Program-made: the position numbers and the translations under genes
Part shown: positions 40,037 to 54,119 of the stretch, piece by piece
Layout: each line of letters begins with the position of its first letter
Numbering within the stretch: position 1 is the stretch's first letter
The notes under the pieces: model-generated
The model's database searches: none
Told to the model about the DNA's origin: nothing
Seen by the model: the letters and a program-made list of their open reading frames with translations, nothing else
Origin: Eledone cirrhosa
Lineage: Eukaryota
Assembly (NCBI GenBank): GCA_964016885.1
Contig: OZ024749.1
Span: forward strand, 38,750,001 to 38,814,000
Direction: 5' to 3'
Length of the DNA: 64,000 bases

Positions 40037-40224
40037 AGTAATGGTGAAAGCAGCGATTCTTTGCTTAAACTTTAATCTGTTATTTTAATAAATATATATA
40101 TTTTATATATATATATGTATATATATATATGTGTATATATACATATATATATATATGTATGTATGTATATATATTTGTGTGTGTGTATACGTACAGTATT
40201 GCTGTATTGTAATTGTAATTGTTG

Positions 40225-40279
<55 letters not shown>

Positions 40280-40320
40280 CTATGTATATATATATATATG
40301 TGTGTGTGTATATGTATATA
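39720..40320. repeat. Long (TA)n-rich microsatellite block
   Basis: Direct reading. Confidence 0.93.
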
Positions 40321-41019
40321 CAGTCGTTCTGCTGTTATATACAACAAACACAAGACTGAAATATCTAACAAGCTAACTTACAAACTCCCTACTACCTGTT
40401 TGACAACTCCTACAGGTAAGGCATTTACCTTCATACCTGACAAATTAACTGACACTTTCGTTGAACACTGATTTAGAGCTAATGAACTAATTAAGATTTC
40501 TTGGTAATGCCACATATCACCATCACTATCACCATCACCATCACCATCACAAACATCCTCATCATCATCATCATCATCATAATCATCATCACCATTATTA
40601 TCATCACCATTATTATCATCCAGTGTGCATTGCCACTTTACAGAGTGTGCTGGGTGCATTTTATCATGACAACCACTTCACAGAATGTTCAGGGTGTATT
40701 TTATCATGATGCCAGTATGACTACTTTACAGAGTGTACTGGGTGCATTTTATGACCACTTTACAGATTTACTGGGTGTATTTTATCATGACATTACTATG
40801 ACTACTTTACAGAATGTACTGGGTGTATTTTATCATGTCACCAGCACTTGTAGGTTCACCTTAGGATTTACGAGCCTGAGAGAGTACTAATTGCCCAGTA
40901 TTGTCTTCATCTAATCAAGGGGATGTGACCCAGAGGGTGGAGATAGAAAGAAGAAATAGAAATAACAGAAGGGTCAGGGAAAGTGAAGAAAAGGGGAGAG
41001 AATATTACTCTGAATTCAC

Positions 41020-41249
41020 TTAACCCTTTAGCATTTAAACCGGCCATATCTGGCCTGAATTCTGTCACCTCGTTCTGTTCAAACCAGCTGTAACCAGTCC
41101 CTCATATTGATGTTAAGGCGTTGTTCTCTAAATAAATAACATGAAAATCTCGTAGATTCGATAATATGTGAGATATTATGTAAGATAAAGCCTTTACCAC
41201 AAAAATACAATAGTATATATATAGAGTAATGTAAATGCTAAAGGGTTAA
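41020..41249. mobile_element. piggyBac-type MITE
   Basis: TTAA TSD and CCCTTTAGCATTTA TIRs. Confidence 0.9.
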
Positions 41250-41721
41250 TTGTTTGATGACAAACCACTTGAATTTACTCCTGAATCTACATTAGAAAAC
41301 TGTATGTGGTGATGATGTTGTTGATGTGATGATGATAGTGATGATGGTGATCCATTCAAAGTTGTCTTTCTCTTATTGGTAATAATGAAGGATTTATTTT
41401 TTTTCTCTTTCCTTTTCTGTTTTCATGTGAAAGACAGAGTAGAGAGAAGAGAGAGAGAGAGACGGGGGAGGGTATGTGAATGAGCAAAAGAGAGGGGGAA
41501 AGAGAAAGAGAGTGAGAGAAAGAGACAGACAGACAGACGGACGGAGAGACTAGGACAGACATCATCTCCTTTCCCTACTCCTCCATTACTGATCTGACAT
41601 CAACTGAAAGGTTTCTTACAGAATAAACAGGATTAACAAGACTTTAGATCACCTACAGTAGCTGGACTGTCACTCAAAGTTGACTGAACTTCAACACCAA
41701 AATCTACTACAGACTCCTGGG

Positions 41722-42064
41722 TATGTTTATTATAGCTAGGCCCATGTAAACCTAGAGATAGTCACATGTGTATATTTACTGTAGCTAGGCCCATGTAGAC
41801 CTAGAGATAGTCACATGTGTGTATTTACTGTATCTAGGCCCATGTAAACCTAGGGATAGTCACATGTGTGTATTTACTCTCGCTAGGCCCATGTAAACCT
41901 AGGGATAGTCACATGTGTATTTACTCTCTCTAGGCCCATGTAGACCTAGGGATAGTCACATGTATATTTACTGTAGCTAGGGCCATGTAGACCTAGGGAT
42001 AGTCACATGTATATTTACTGTAGCTAGGCCCATGTAGACCTAGGGATAGTCACTTGTATATTTA
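41722..42064 (+). repeat. 47-49 bp minisatellite, about 7 copies
   Basis: Unit TTTACTGTAGCTAGGCCCATGTAGACCTAGGGATAGTCACATGTGTA. Confidence 0.9.
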
Positions 42065-42370
42065 CCATCCATCCATCCAAAAATTAATAGTAGGCCCAAA
42101 GTAGATATAAGATGTAGCTCCCTAACCCCAGAAAGCTAGTAAAGGCCCAAGTCAGATGTAAACTGGAGCCCTTCTACCCTGAAAGCTGGTAATGGGACCA
42201 GATCAGATGTAAAATGTTGCTCCCTCAGTTTACAAAGGCCTGGACTAAAGTAGTTGCTGACCCATGCTTCATCCCTCACCTAACACCATAGTCCCTGGTC
42301 CATACTTGGCACAGATGCCTGGGTGGGGCACAGGGTCAGAGGAGGGAATGTGCAATAAGAAAACATTATT

Positions 42371-42751
42371 ATGATCATCACCATCGCCATCATCATCATC
42401 CTCACCATTACTATTACCACCACCATCAGCATCATCCTCATAACCACCACCACCACCACCACCACCACCACCACCACCACCACCGTCATCATCCCCATCA
42501 TCATCATCATCATCATTATCACCATTACCACCGCCATCATCATCATCATCATAACAACCACCACCAACACCACCAACACCACCGACACCATCATCATCAT
42601 CATCATCATAATTGCCGCCACCACCACCACCACCACCATCATCAACATCATTATCATCATCATCATCACCACCACCACAATCATCATCATCACCATCACC
42701 ATCACCATCATCATCATCAGCATCATCACCATCATCATCACCACCACCACC

Positions 42752-42785
<34 letters not shown>

Positions 42786-43132
42786 CTATCATCATCATCA
42801 TCAACATTATCACCACGACCAACACCACCACCACCACCATCATCATCATCAACATTATCACCACGACCAACACCACCACCACCATCATCATCATCATCAA
42901 CATTATCACCACGACCAACACCACCACCACCACCATCATCATCATCAACATTATCACCACGACCAACACCACCACCACCATCATCATCATCATCAACATT
43001 ATCACCACGACCAACACCACCACCACCATCATCATCATCACCATCATCATCATCACCATTACCACCACCATCATGATCATCATCATCATAACCACTACCA
43101 CCACCACCACCACCACCACCACCATCATCATC
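42371..43132. repeat. (CAT/CAC)n compound microsatellite
   Basis: Direct reading. Confidence 0.93.
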
Positions 43133-43417
43133 TTATATGTTACAAATACCAAATTGCCTGCATGGAAAAACGTGTCAAACCAATGAAAATATAATATTGT
43201 TTTAGTTCTTTCATATTTACCCAATGTTTCTATTAGTTTAGTAAAAGTTGCATTAGTTTGCCTTGGTTCCTACGACAGGATCTTCCTCCTATCACTAACC
43301 ACATTACAGGGTGTACTAGGGGGACCTTCATCAAAGTACCAGCACTACGGAGTTTGTTGTAGCCTACTCAGAAGTAAAAGGTCTTCTCCACATCTAACCA
43401 CATCATATACAAGGACT

Positions 43418-43838
43418 TTAACCCTTTAATGTTCAAACCGGCCAGAATTCTCTACCTTTTTCTGTTGAAACTGGCTGTAACTGGTCATTCAAACTGATGT
43501 TAAGGTATTGTTCTCAAAATAAATACTTTCAATATCTCATAGATTCGATATTATGTGAGGTAATTATTGTCTCTACTTTAGGCACAAGGCCAGCAATTAC
43601 CCAGTGCATTACTGGTACTTTATTTTATTGACCCCGTAAGGATGAAAGGCAAAGTCAACCTCGGCGGGATTTGAACTCAGATCGTAAAGGGACGTAACTA
43701 TGCTGGAAAGCATGGCGTCCGACCCTCTACTGATACTGCCAATCCACCGCCCATTATGTGAGGTAATTATGCGAGGTAATGATGCGAGGTAAAGCCTTTA
43801 CCATGAAAATATAATAGTATATATAGAGTAATGTGAAT
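43418..43838. mobile_element. piggyBac-type MITE interrupted by a SINE family 1 insertion (43562-43752, minus)
   Basis: Left TTAACCCTTTA TIR; SINE flanked by direct repeat ATTATGTGAGGTAATTAT; right TIR lost. Confidence 0.85.
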
Positions 43839-44024
43839 CGAGAGAATCATGTCTACTAAGTATACTTCCAAGATACATAAGCCTCTCCACCACTTCAAGG
43901 CATCCATCATACTTGTCCCAGGGTCCTTTTTGATGGAAGGGTTTACAGCCAGATGACCTTTCTTGCATCAACCATTAAGTTACCTCATGCGACAAAGATA
44001 CAGTGTGCCTATTTTAAACCTACA

Positions 44025-44835
44025 TTGTCATATGGTTATATTTGTAATTGTATTATGGTTATATTTGTAATTGCATCTGGTTATATTTGTAATTGTCATC
44101 TGGTTATATTTGTAATTGTCATCTGGTTATATTTGTAATTGTCATCTGGTTATATTTGTAATTGTATTATGGTTATATTTGTAATTGTCATATGGTTATA
44201 TTTATAATTGTATTTTGGTTATATTTGTAATTGTATTATGGTTATATTTGTAATTGTCATATGGTTATATTTGTAATTGTCATCTGGTTATATTTGTAAT
44301 TGTCATATGGTTATATTTGTAATTGTATTTTGGTTATATTTGTAATTGTATTATGGTTATATTTGTAATTGTCATATGGTTATATTTGTAATTGTCATAT
44401 GGTTATATTTGTAATTGTCATATGGTTATATTTGTAATTGTCATCTGGTTATATTTGTAATTGTCATATGGTTATATTTGTAATTGTATTATGGTTATAT
44501 TTGTAATTGTATTATGGTTATATTTGTAATTGTCATATGGTTATATTTGTAATTGTCATATGGTTATATTTGTAATTGTATTATGGTTATATTTGTAATT
44601 GTATTATGGTTATATTTGTAATTGTATTATGGTTATATTTGTAATTGTATTATGGTTATATTTGTAATTGTCATATGGTTATATTTGTAATTGTATTATG
44701 GTTATATTTGTAATTGTATTTTGGTTATATTTGTAATTGTCATCTGGTTATATTTGTAATTGTCATCTGGTTATATTTGTAATTGTCATATGGTTATATT
44801 TGTAATTGTATTATGGTTATATTTGTAATTGTATT
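44025..44835 (+). repeat. 23-bp minisatellite, about 35 copies
   Basis: Unit TGGTTATATTTGTAATTGT(CATC/CATA/ATTA). Confidence 0.95.
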
Positions 44836-45462
44836 TTTATGTTAAAACATTAGAATGTACATGATGTTTCTAATATGAGAGGCAAGATATCCATAAATAT
44901 ATATGTTTAGGATTAAAATATATTAATAGTAAAATGTATGTTTATATATCCATAAATATATATGTTAAGAAGGGAAATATATAAATAGTAAAATATGTTT
45001 ACATATTCATAAATATATGTTTAGTAGTGAAATATATTGTCATATATATGTTTAGTATCAAGATATAAGTTTATAAACCCATGCAAGCGTGGAAGATGGA
45101 CGTTAAACAATGATGATGATAATGATGATGATATATATATATATATATAATATTAAAATATGTTTGAAAATTATCTTAGTGTGTAATTATAAATCATGGC
45201 TATTAATTACTCTAATTACTAAACACACACACAGACACAAGCACACACACACGATGTATATTTGAAAAACACAATAAATTGATTTCAACAATAAATCTAC
45301 ATATCAATATATACAAGGTGATTGAAAAGTTAATTGCACCATGGCTTTCCAAACACCCAGTAAATGACTATATATATATATATATATATATATGAAGGGG
45401 GGGGGGGGGGCTGAGTGTGTGTCTATATAAATAATCAAAATGGCAGTGGATTGGCAAGGGAT

Positions 45463-45661
45463 GGTGGATTGGCAGTATCAGTAGAGGGTCGAACACCATG
45501 TTTTGACGCATAGAGTTACGGTCCTTGCCAATCTGAGTTCAAATCCCGCCGATGTTAACTTTGCCTTTCATCCTTATGGGCTCGATAAAATAAAGTACCA
45601 GTAATGCACTGGGTAATTGCTGGCCTTGTACCAAAAATAGAAACAATTATTATTATTATTA
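45463..45661 (+). mobile_element. SINE family 1
   Basis: Consensus match with (ATT)n tail. Confidence 0.88.
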
Positions 45662-46199
45662 TATATGTGAGAGTGTGTGTGTGTTTGTATATATCATCAT
45701 CATCATCATCGTTTTTACATCAATTTTTCCACACTTGGATGGCTATATATTATATAATAAAGCAATATTGACAGTTGTGTTTACCTGTGAAGTTCATTTC
45801 CACGTTTGCTTTCAATAGTCTTCTTATTTTCTACCTTATCTCACTATGTCATATAAACACTCCCCAGATCTCTCATCGCAAGGTTTAATAAATTAATTAG
45901 AACTTTGAATCTTCTTGTTGATTTGATTATTTTTTTTATCCATCGTTAATGATTTCATTATTTAAATATAGCTTAATTGACTCCAATAATATGAATAGAC
46001 AATAAGATATAAACTTTGTACCTTTATCTAGAATTTGAAACTTTTTCCAAGAAAATATATGTAAAAGCATCAGGCGATATGTGTGTAAATATTGGTTGTT
46101 TCTTCTTATTAAAAGAGGACCATCCCTTCATTGAACATTGTATGATTATATGCAAGTCAGTCAGTGAGTTTTCAGACCAGCTTTTCTTTTGCAAGTAGG

Positions 46200-46400
46200 T
46201 TCATAGATGTGACACTCGAAATGTCTGTCTCCTGGCATTTACCAGGTGGGTTGTGTCTTTATGTATTTTGCTATGTCTGGTCAGTCCACCAGCTGACTTG
46301 TAAATTAAGCCGCATTCATTGCAAATGAACTGCAGAGGACATGGCTGTCGAACCATCTCACAAGTGATTCGATTTCTCCCTGGCTTGCATGACTTTAGAT
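46200..46400 (-). mobile_element. LINE C-terminal C2H2 zinc-finger relic
   Basis: FICNECGLIYKSAGGLTRHSKIH. Confidence 0.5.
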
Positions 46401-46649
46401 CGAGGTGTGCAACATATTCCATAGGCGGGCCACTTTTGAACATTGGAACAACTATTAGGGCCATTAATATTTATTAAGCACTATTCCAAAGATTCACCAT
46501 AACTTCTTTCCATAACATGGAACTGGGAAATTATAACACACATAATCCTATCAGTGAAACCTTTTAGTATAGGTCAACTAACAGAAAATTGTATTACGGT
46601 TATGAAAAAAATTCTAAATAAGCCTACAAGGTAAAAATTAAAAACGGTC

Positions 46650-47520
46650 ATCTCGGGCAACTCTGACTGGTCTGGCAGGCCGGATTGTGGCCCACGGGCC
46701 ACTTGTTGCACGCCTCTGCTTTAAATGGTTGATAAATCCAGCTCTTGATGGGGAAAAATTGTCCACATACATTGCACCTCAATTCCTGCTGGATTTTTGC
46801 AGGCACTGCACTTGGGTCCTGCTTATGGAGTGAACACTTCAAAGCAGCATGCTTCACTCGCTTTTTCTCAAAAACATTACATCTTTACTTGATGATCATT
46901 CTCCATGATGTACAGCCTTCAGCCAATACCTACCAGTTATCCATATCAATCTTTAGAGCTTTAAAATTGTCTTTTATGAAATCCTAAACCATTTCTTTGG
47001 TTTATGCTGTTGCCTTTTCCCTCTGGTCAGTTCAGCATAAAATATTTGTTTAGGCAGCCTTCCATCTTTCATTCTGACTACATGACCAGCAAAATATATC
47101 TGATTCATAATTAATCTATTCTCAATACTGGTGCTACCTGCTTTCTCAAGAACAGCAGTATCAGGTGTGTAAAAGGACCACATGTTCAGGTTGCACAAGA
47201 TACAATGCTAATGAAACATTGCCAACTGATTGATATGATGCCTGTTAGTTGTCCACGTTTCACCCCTATATACCAGGGCTGTAAGAACACAGGCCTCATG
47301 CACAGAGAGCTTTGTGTTTCTTGTGATATCCTGCTCTGACCAGACTCATTTCTCAACTTACCCTGAAAGTAAACTCGCTTTTGCAGTTCTTTGATTTATT
47401 TCAGCATCGAAGGAATCATGTCTACTAAGTATACTTCCAAGATACATAAGTCTCTCCACCACTTCTCTCACAAGAATGTCTAGCTCCACATAGACTTCTC
47501 CAACTGGTGGAGTGTACATC
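46650..47520 (-). mobile_element. RTE (BovB-like) LINE 3' region, degenerate
   Basis: EVVERLMYLGSILS..AEINQRTAKAS, FAGHVVRMKDGRLPKQIFYAEL, terminal CNVC zinc finger. Confidence 0.85.
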
Positions 47521-47545
47521 ACCCTTCTCTTATAAACATACATAT

Positions 47546-47578
<33 letters not shown>

Positions 47579-47580
47579 TA

Positions 47581-48030
47581 CATGGTGGCTGCCAACTCGT
47601 TTTCGAGTACGGCCACTACTTTATATCCATGTAGGAGAACCCCTACCGATGCGCTGAACGAGTGTGGCTTTTTAGTCCAGCCAGCAACTTGAAAACTCTG
47701 GTACAAACACTACACTTGTGACAATCATTGACACCGAGTGCTGGGCCCATGGTACCATGTGACCCAAGGTGTCGTGTGAGATCACTACTCGACCTGCATA
47801 CCCTTCCACAAAGATTACATGTCGTCGTCTGATGAACACTTATAGCTCCACAGGTGACTCTTTAGACCTGCCATGCTCAGACAAACCCTATTACAGGTCT
47901 CACATGTCAGGTCAGGCCGTCTGTCAGTGCCTTCGGGAAGGCCAACATGGATTGCTTTCCAGACATCTCTTTTTAGTGTCGCGTGCCTTCTTCTTGTTTC
48001 CTCAAATAGACTCTTGCCCCTAGCAACTGC
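47581..48030 (-). mobile_element. RTE-like LINE 3' end (zinc finger plus 3' UTR)
   Basis: LTCETCNRVCLSMAGLKSH; the 3' UTR matches 61915-62099. Confidence 0.75.
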
Positions 48031-48254
48031 TACATACATACATACATACATACACGCACATACATACATACATACACGCACATACATACATACATACATA
48101 CATACATACATACATACATACATACATACATACATACACGCACATACATACATACATAAAATGTGTATGTAAGTTTGTATGTAACAGCAACACTAACAAC
48201 ACCACCATTACACTATCAACAACAACAACAACAACACTAACAATGGATATACTA

Positions 48255-51200
48255 TGTGTAGTATAGGTGTAAGTATGGCTGTGTGGCTAAGGTAGTCACT
48301 GTGTAGTATAGGTGTAAGTATGGCTGTGGCTAAGGTAGTCACTGTGTAGTATAGGTGTAAGTATGGCTGTGGCTAAGGTAGTCACTGTGTAGTATAGGTG
48401 TAAGTATGGCTGTGTGGCTAAGGTAGCCACTGTGTAGTATAGGTGTAAGTATGGCTGTGTGGCTAAGGTAGTCACTGTGTAGTATAGGTGTAAGTATGGC
48501 TGTGTGGCTAAGGTAGTCACTGTGTAGTATAGGTGTAAGTATGGCTGTGGCTAAGGTAGTCACTGTGTAGTATAGGTGTAAGTATGGCTGTGTGGCTAAG
48601 GTAGTCACTGTGTAGTATAGGTGTAAGTATGGCTGTGGCTAAGGTAGTCACTGTGTAGTATAGGTGTAAGTATGGCTGTGTGGCTAAGGTAGTCACTGTG
48701 TAGTATAGGTGTAAGTATGGCTGTGGCTAAGGTAGTCACTGTGTAGTATAGGTGTAAGTATGGCTGTGTGGCTAAGGTAGTCACTGTGTAGTATAGGTGT
48801 AAGTATGGCTGTGTGGCTAAGGTAGTCACTGTGTAGTATAGGTGTAAGTATGGCTGTGTGGCTAAGGTAGTCACTGTGTAGTATAGGTGTAAGTATGGCT
48901 GTGTGGCTAAGGTAGCCACTGTGTAGTATAGGTGTAAGTATGGCTGTGTGGCTAAGGTAGCCACTGTGTAGTATAGGTGTAAGTATGGCTGTGTGGCTAA
49001 GGTAGTCACTGTGTAGTATAGGTGTAAGTATGGCTGTGGCTAAGGTAGTCACTGTGTAGTATAGGTGTAAGTATGGCTGTGTGGCTAAGGTAGTCACTGT
49101 GTAGTATAGGTGTAAGTATGGCTGTGTGGCTAAGGTAGTCAGTGTGTAGTATAGGTGTAAGTATGGCTGTGTGGCTAAGGTAGCCACTGTGTAGTATAGG
49201 TGTAAGTATGGCTGTGTGGCTAAGGTAGTCACTGTGTAGTATAGGTGTAAGTATGGCTGTGTGGCTAAGGTAGTCACTGTGTAGTATAGGTGTAAGTATG
49301 GCTGTGTGGCTAAGGTAGCCACTGTGTAGTATAGGTGTAAGTATGGCTGTGGCTAAGGTAGCCACTGTGTAGTATAGGTGTAAGTATGGCTGTGTGGCTA
49401 AGGTAGCCACTGTGTAGTATAGGTGTAAGTATGGCTGTGGCTAAGGTAGTCACTGTGTAGTATAGGTGTAAGTATGGCTGTGTGGCTAAGGTAGTCACTG
49501 TGTAGTATAGGTGTAAGTATGGCTGTGTGGCTAAGGTAGTCACTGTGTAGTATAGGTGTAAGTATGGCTGTGTGGCTAAGGTAGTCACTGTGTAGTATAG
49601 GTGTAAGTATGGCTGTGGCTAAGGTAGTCACTGTGTAGTATAGGTGTAAGTATGGCTGTGTGGCTAAGGTAGTCACTGTGTAGTATAGGTGTAAGTATGG
49701 CTGTGTGGCTAAGGTAGTCACTGTGTAGTATAGGTGTAAGTATGGCTGTGTGGCTAAGGTAGTCACTGTGTAGTATAGGTGTAAGTATGGCTGTGTGGCT
49801 AAGGTAGTCACTGTGTAGTATAGGTGTGAGTATGGCTGTGGCTAAGGTAGTCACTGTGTAGTATAGGTGTAAGTATGGCTGTGTGGCTAAGGTAGTCACT
49901 GTGTAGTATAGGTGTAAGTATGGCTGTGTGGCTAAGGTAGTCACTGTGTAGTATAGGTGTGAGTATGGCTGTGGCTAAGGTAGCCACTGTGTAGTATAGG
50001 TGTAAGTATGGCTGTGTGGTTAAGGTAGCCACTGTGTAGTATAGGTGTAAGTATGGCTGTGTGGCTAAGGTAGTCACTGTGTAGTAGAGGTGTAAGTATG
50101 GCTGTGTGGCTAAGGTAGTCACTGTGTAGTATAGGTGTGAGTATGGCTGTGGCTAAGGTAGTCACTGTGTAGTATAGGTGTAAGTATGGCTGTGTGGCTA
50201 AGGTAGTCACTGTGTAGTATAGGTGTAAGTATGGCTGTGTGGCTAAGGTAGTCACTGTGTAGTATAGGTGTGAGTATGGCTGTGGCTAAGGTAGTCACTG
50301 TGTAGTATAGGTGTAAGTATGGCTGTGTGGCTAAGGTAGTCACTGTGTAGTATAGGTGTAAGTATGGCTGTGTGGCTAAGGTAGTCACTGTGTAGTATAG
50401 GTGTGAGTATGGCTGTGGCTAAGGTAGCCACTGTGTAGTATAGGTGTAAGTATGGCTGTGTGGTTAAGGTAGCCACTGTGTAGTATAGGTGTAAGTATGG
50501 CTGTGTGGCTAAGGTAGTCACTGTGTAGTATAGGTGTAAGTATGGCTGTGTGGCTAAGGTAGTCACTGTGTAGTATAGGTGTGAGTATGGCTGTGGCTAA
50601 GGTAGTCACTGTGTAGTATAGGTGTAAGTATGGCTGTGTGGCTAAGGTAGTCACTGTGTAGTATAGGTGTAAGTATGGCTGTGTGGCTAAGGTAGCCACT
50701 GTGTAGTATAGGTGTGAGTATGGCTGTGTGGCTAAGGTAGTCACTGTGTAGTATAGGTGTAAGTATGGCTGTGTGGCTAAGGTAGTCACTGTGTAGTATA
50801 GGTGTAAGTATGGCTGTGTGGCTAAGGTAGTCACTGTGTAGTATAGGTGTAAGTATGGCTGTGGCTAAGGTAGTCACTGTGTAGTATAGGTGTAAGTATG
50901 GCTCTGGCTAAGGTAGTCACTGTGTAGTATAGGTGTAAGTATGGCTGTGTGGCTAAGGTAGTCACTGTGTAGTATAGGTGTAAGTATGGCTGTGGCTAAG
51001 GTAGCCACTGTGTAGTATAGGTGTAAGTATGGCTGTGTGGCTAAGGTAGCCACTGTGTAGTATAGGTGTAAGTATGGCTGTGGCTAAGGTAGTCACTGTG
51101 TAGTATAGGTGTAAGTATGGCTGTGTGGCTAAGGTAGCCACTGTGTAGTATAGGTGTAAGTATGGCTGTGGCTAAGGTAGTCACTGTGTAGTATAGGTGT

Positions 51201-53720
51201 AAGTATGGCTGTGGCTAAGGTAGTCACTGTGTAGTATAGGTGTAAGTATGGCTGTGGCTAAGGTAGTCACTGTGTAGTATAGGTGTAAGTATGGCTGTGT
51301 GGCTAAGGTAGTCACTGTGTAGTATAGGTGTAAGTATGGCTGTGTGGCTAAGGTAGTCACTGTGTAGTATAGGTGTAAGTATGGCTGTGTGGCTAAGGTA
51401 GTCACTGTGTAGTATAGGTGTAAGTATGGCTGTGTGGCTAAGGTAGCCACTGTGTAGTATAGGTGTAAGTATGGCTGTGTGGCTAAGGTAGTCACTGTGT
51501 AGTATAGGTGTAAGTATGGCTGTGTGGCTAAGGTAGTCACTGTGTAGTATAGGTGTAAGTATGGCTGTGTGGCTAAGGTAGTCACTGTGTAGTATAGGTG
51601 TAAGTATGGCTGTGTGGCTAAGGTAGTCACTGTGTAGTATAGGTGTAAGTATGGCTGTGTGGCTAAGGTAGCCACTGTGTAGTATAGGTGTAAGTATGGC
51701 TGTGTGGCTAAGGTAGCCACTGTGTAGTATATGTGTAAGTATGGCTGTGTGGCTAAGGTAGTCACTGTGTAGTATAGGTGTAAGTATGGCTGTGTGGCTA
51801 AGGTAGCCACTGTGTAGTATAGGTGTAAGTATGGCTGTGTGGCTAAGGTAGTCACTGTGTAGTATAGGTGTGAGTATGGCTGTGTGGCTAAGGTAGTCAC
51901 TGTGTAGTATAGGTGTAAGTATGGCTGTGTGGCTAAGGTAGTCACTGTGTAGTATAGGTGTAAGTATGGCTGTGGCTAAGGTAGTCACTGTGTAGTATAG
52001 GTGTAAGTATGGCTGTGGCTAAGGTAGCCACTGTGTAGTATAGGTGTAAGTATGGCTGTGTGGCTAAGGTAGTCACTGTGTAGTATAGGTGTAAGTATGG
52101 CTGTGTGGCTAAGGTAGTCACTGTGTAGTATAGGTGTAAGTATGGCTGTGTGGCTAAGGTAGTCACTGTGTAGTATAGGTGTAAGTATGGCTGTGTGGCT
52201 AAGGTAGTCACTGTGTAGTATAGGTGTAAGTATGGCTGTGTGGCTAAGGTAGTCACTGTGTAGTATAGGTGTAAGTATGGCTGTGGCTAAGGTAGTCACT
52301 GTGTAGTATAGGTGTAAGTATGGCTGTGGCTAAGGTAGCCACTGTGTAGTATAGGTGTAAGTATGGCTGTGTGGCTAAGGTAGCCACTGTGTAGTATAGG
52401 TGTAAGTATGGCTGTGTGGCTAAGGTAGCCACTGTGTAGTATAGGTGTAAGTATGGCTGTGGCTAAGGTAGTCACTGTGTAGTATAGGTGTAAGTATGGC
52501 TGTGGCTAAGGTAGTCACTGTGTAGTATAGGTGTAAGTATGGCTGTGTAGCTAAGGTAGTCACTGTGTAGTATAGGTGTAAGTATGGCTGTGTGGCTAAG
52601 GTAGTCACTGTGTAGTATAGGTGTAAGTATGGCTGTGTGGCTAAGGTAGCCACTGTGTAGTATAGGTGTAAGTATGGCTGTGTGGCTAAGGTAGTCACTG
52701 TGTAGTATAGGTGTGAGTATGGCTGTGGCTAAGGTAGTCACTGTGTAGTATAGGTGTAAGTATGGCTGTGTGGTTAAGGTAGTCACTGTGTAGTATAGGT
52801 GTAAGTATGGCTGTGTGGCTAAGGTAGTCACTGTGTAGTATAGGTGTAAGTATGGCTGTGGCTAAGGTAGTCACTGTGTAGTATAGGTGTAAGTATGGCT
52901 GTGTGGCTAAGGTAGTCACTGTGTAGTATAGGTGTAAGTATGGCTGTGTGGCTAAGGTAGTCACTGTGTAGTATAGGTGTAAGTATGGCTGTGTGGCTAA
53001 GGTAGTCACTGTGTAGTATAGGTGTAAGTATGGCTGTGTGGCTAAGGTAGTCACTGTGTAGTATAGGTGTAAGTATGGCTGTGTGGCTAAGGTAGTCACT
53101 GTGTAGTATAGGTGTGAGTATGGCTGTGGCTAAGGTAGTCACTGTGTAGTATAGGTGTAAGTATGGCTGTGTGGCTAAGGTAGTCACTGTGTAGTATAGG
53201 TGTAAGTATGGCTGTGTGGCTAAGGTAGTCACTGTGTAGTATAGGTGTAAGTATGGCTGTGTGGCTAAGGTAGCCACTGTGTAGTATAGGTGTAAGTATG
53301 GCTGTGTGGCTAAGGTAGTCACTGTGTAGTATAGGTGTAAGTATGGCTGTGTGGCTAAGGTAGCCACTGTGTAGTATAGGTGTAAGTATGGCTGTGTGGC
53401 TAAGGTAGTCACTGTGTAGTATAGGTGTAAGTATGGCTGTGTGGCTAAGGTAGCCACTGTGTAGTATAGGTGTAAGTATGGCTGTGTGGCTAAGGTAGTC
53501 ACTGTGTAGTATAGGTGTAAGTATGGCTGTGTGGCTAAGGTAGCCACTGTGTAGTATAGGTGTAAGTATGGCTGTGTGGCTAAGGTAGTCACTGTGTAGT
53601 ATAGGTGTAAGTATGGCTGTGTGGCTAAGGTAGTCACTGTGTAGTATAGGTGTAAGTATGGCTGTGTGGCTAAGGTAGTCACTGTGTAGTATAGGTGTAA
53701 GTATGGCTGTGTGGTTAAGG
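48255..53720 (+). repeat. 5.5-kb satellite of 45/43-bp monomers, about 120 copies
   Basis: Unit CTGTGTAGTATAGGTGTAAGTATGGCTGT(GT)GGCTAAGGTAGYCA, highly homogeneous. Confidence 0.98.
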
Positions 53721-53835
53721 TGTTCATTTACAATCCCTTGGTTTTAGGGTTAGTCTCATTGTATGACACCCTAGTCAAGTGTCTTCTACCATAGACTCAG
53801 TCTGACTAATGTCTTCTGAGTTGAATTTGGTAGAC
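53690..53835 (+). mobile_element. Degenerate SINE family 3 continuous with the last satellite monomer
   Basis: TGGCTGTGTGGTTAAG..GGGTTAGTCTCATTG..CAAGTGTCTTCTACCATAG..TTTGGTAGACAGAAAC. Confidence 0.65.
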
Positions 53836-54119
53836 AGAAACTTTGCAGAAACTGCTCTTGTTTATATAGAGAGAGAGAGGGAAAAGAATGAAACGAAATT
53901 TCATTTCTCACTCTTAGCACGGCGGATACTTAAATGAAAGTATGTATGTATACGTACAGTAATTCGGGCTGTTTGTTTGTTTACTAACAAACCGAACATT
54001 ATAATAAATGTTCGGTAAACCCATACGTACATATATATATATGTGTGCATGTATGTATATATATACATACTACTGTACATCTGTATACATGTATGTACGT
54101 ATACTTACATTATATTTAT

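Noticed and set aside
42280-43224. 314-aa, 271-aa and 154-aa low-complexity ORFs
   Set aside because: (CAT/CAC)n repeats are open in most frames; no splice or domain evidence
48255-53720. CRISPR-like array or repetitive protein (TTLATQPYLHLYYT ORFs)
   Set aside because: No unique spacers and no cas genes; the 43-bp variants shift frame constantly, so it is a non-coding satellite
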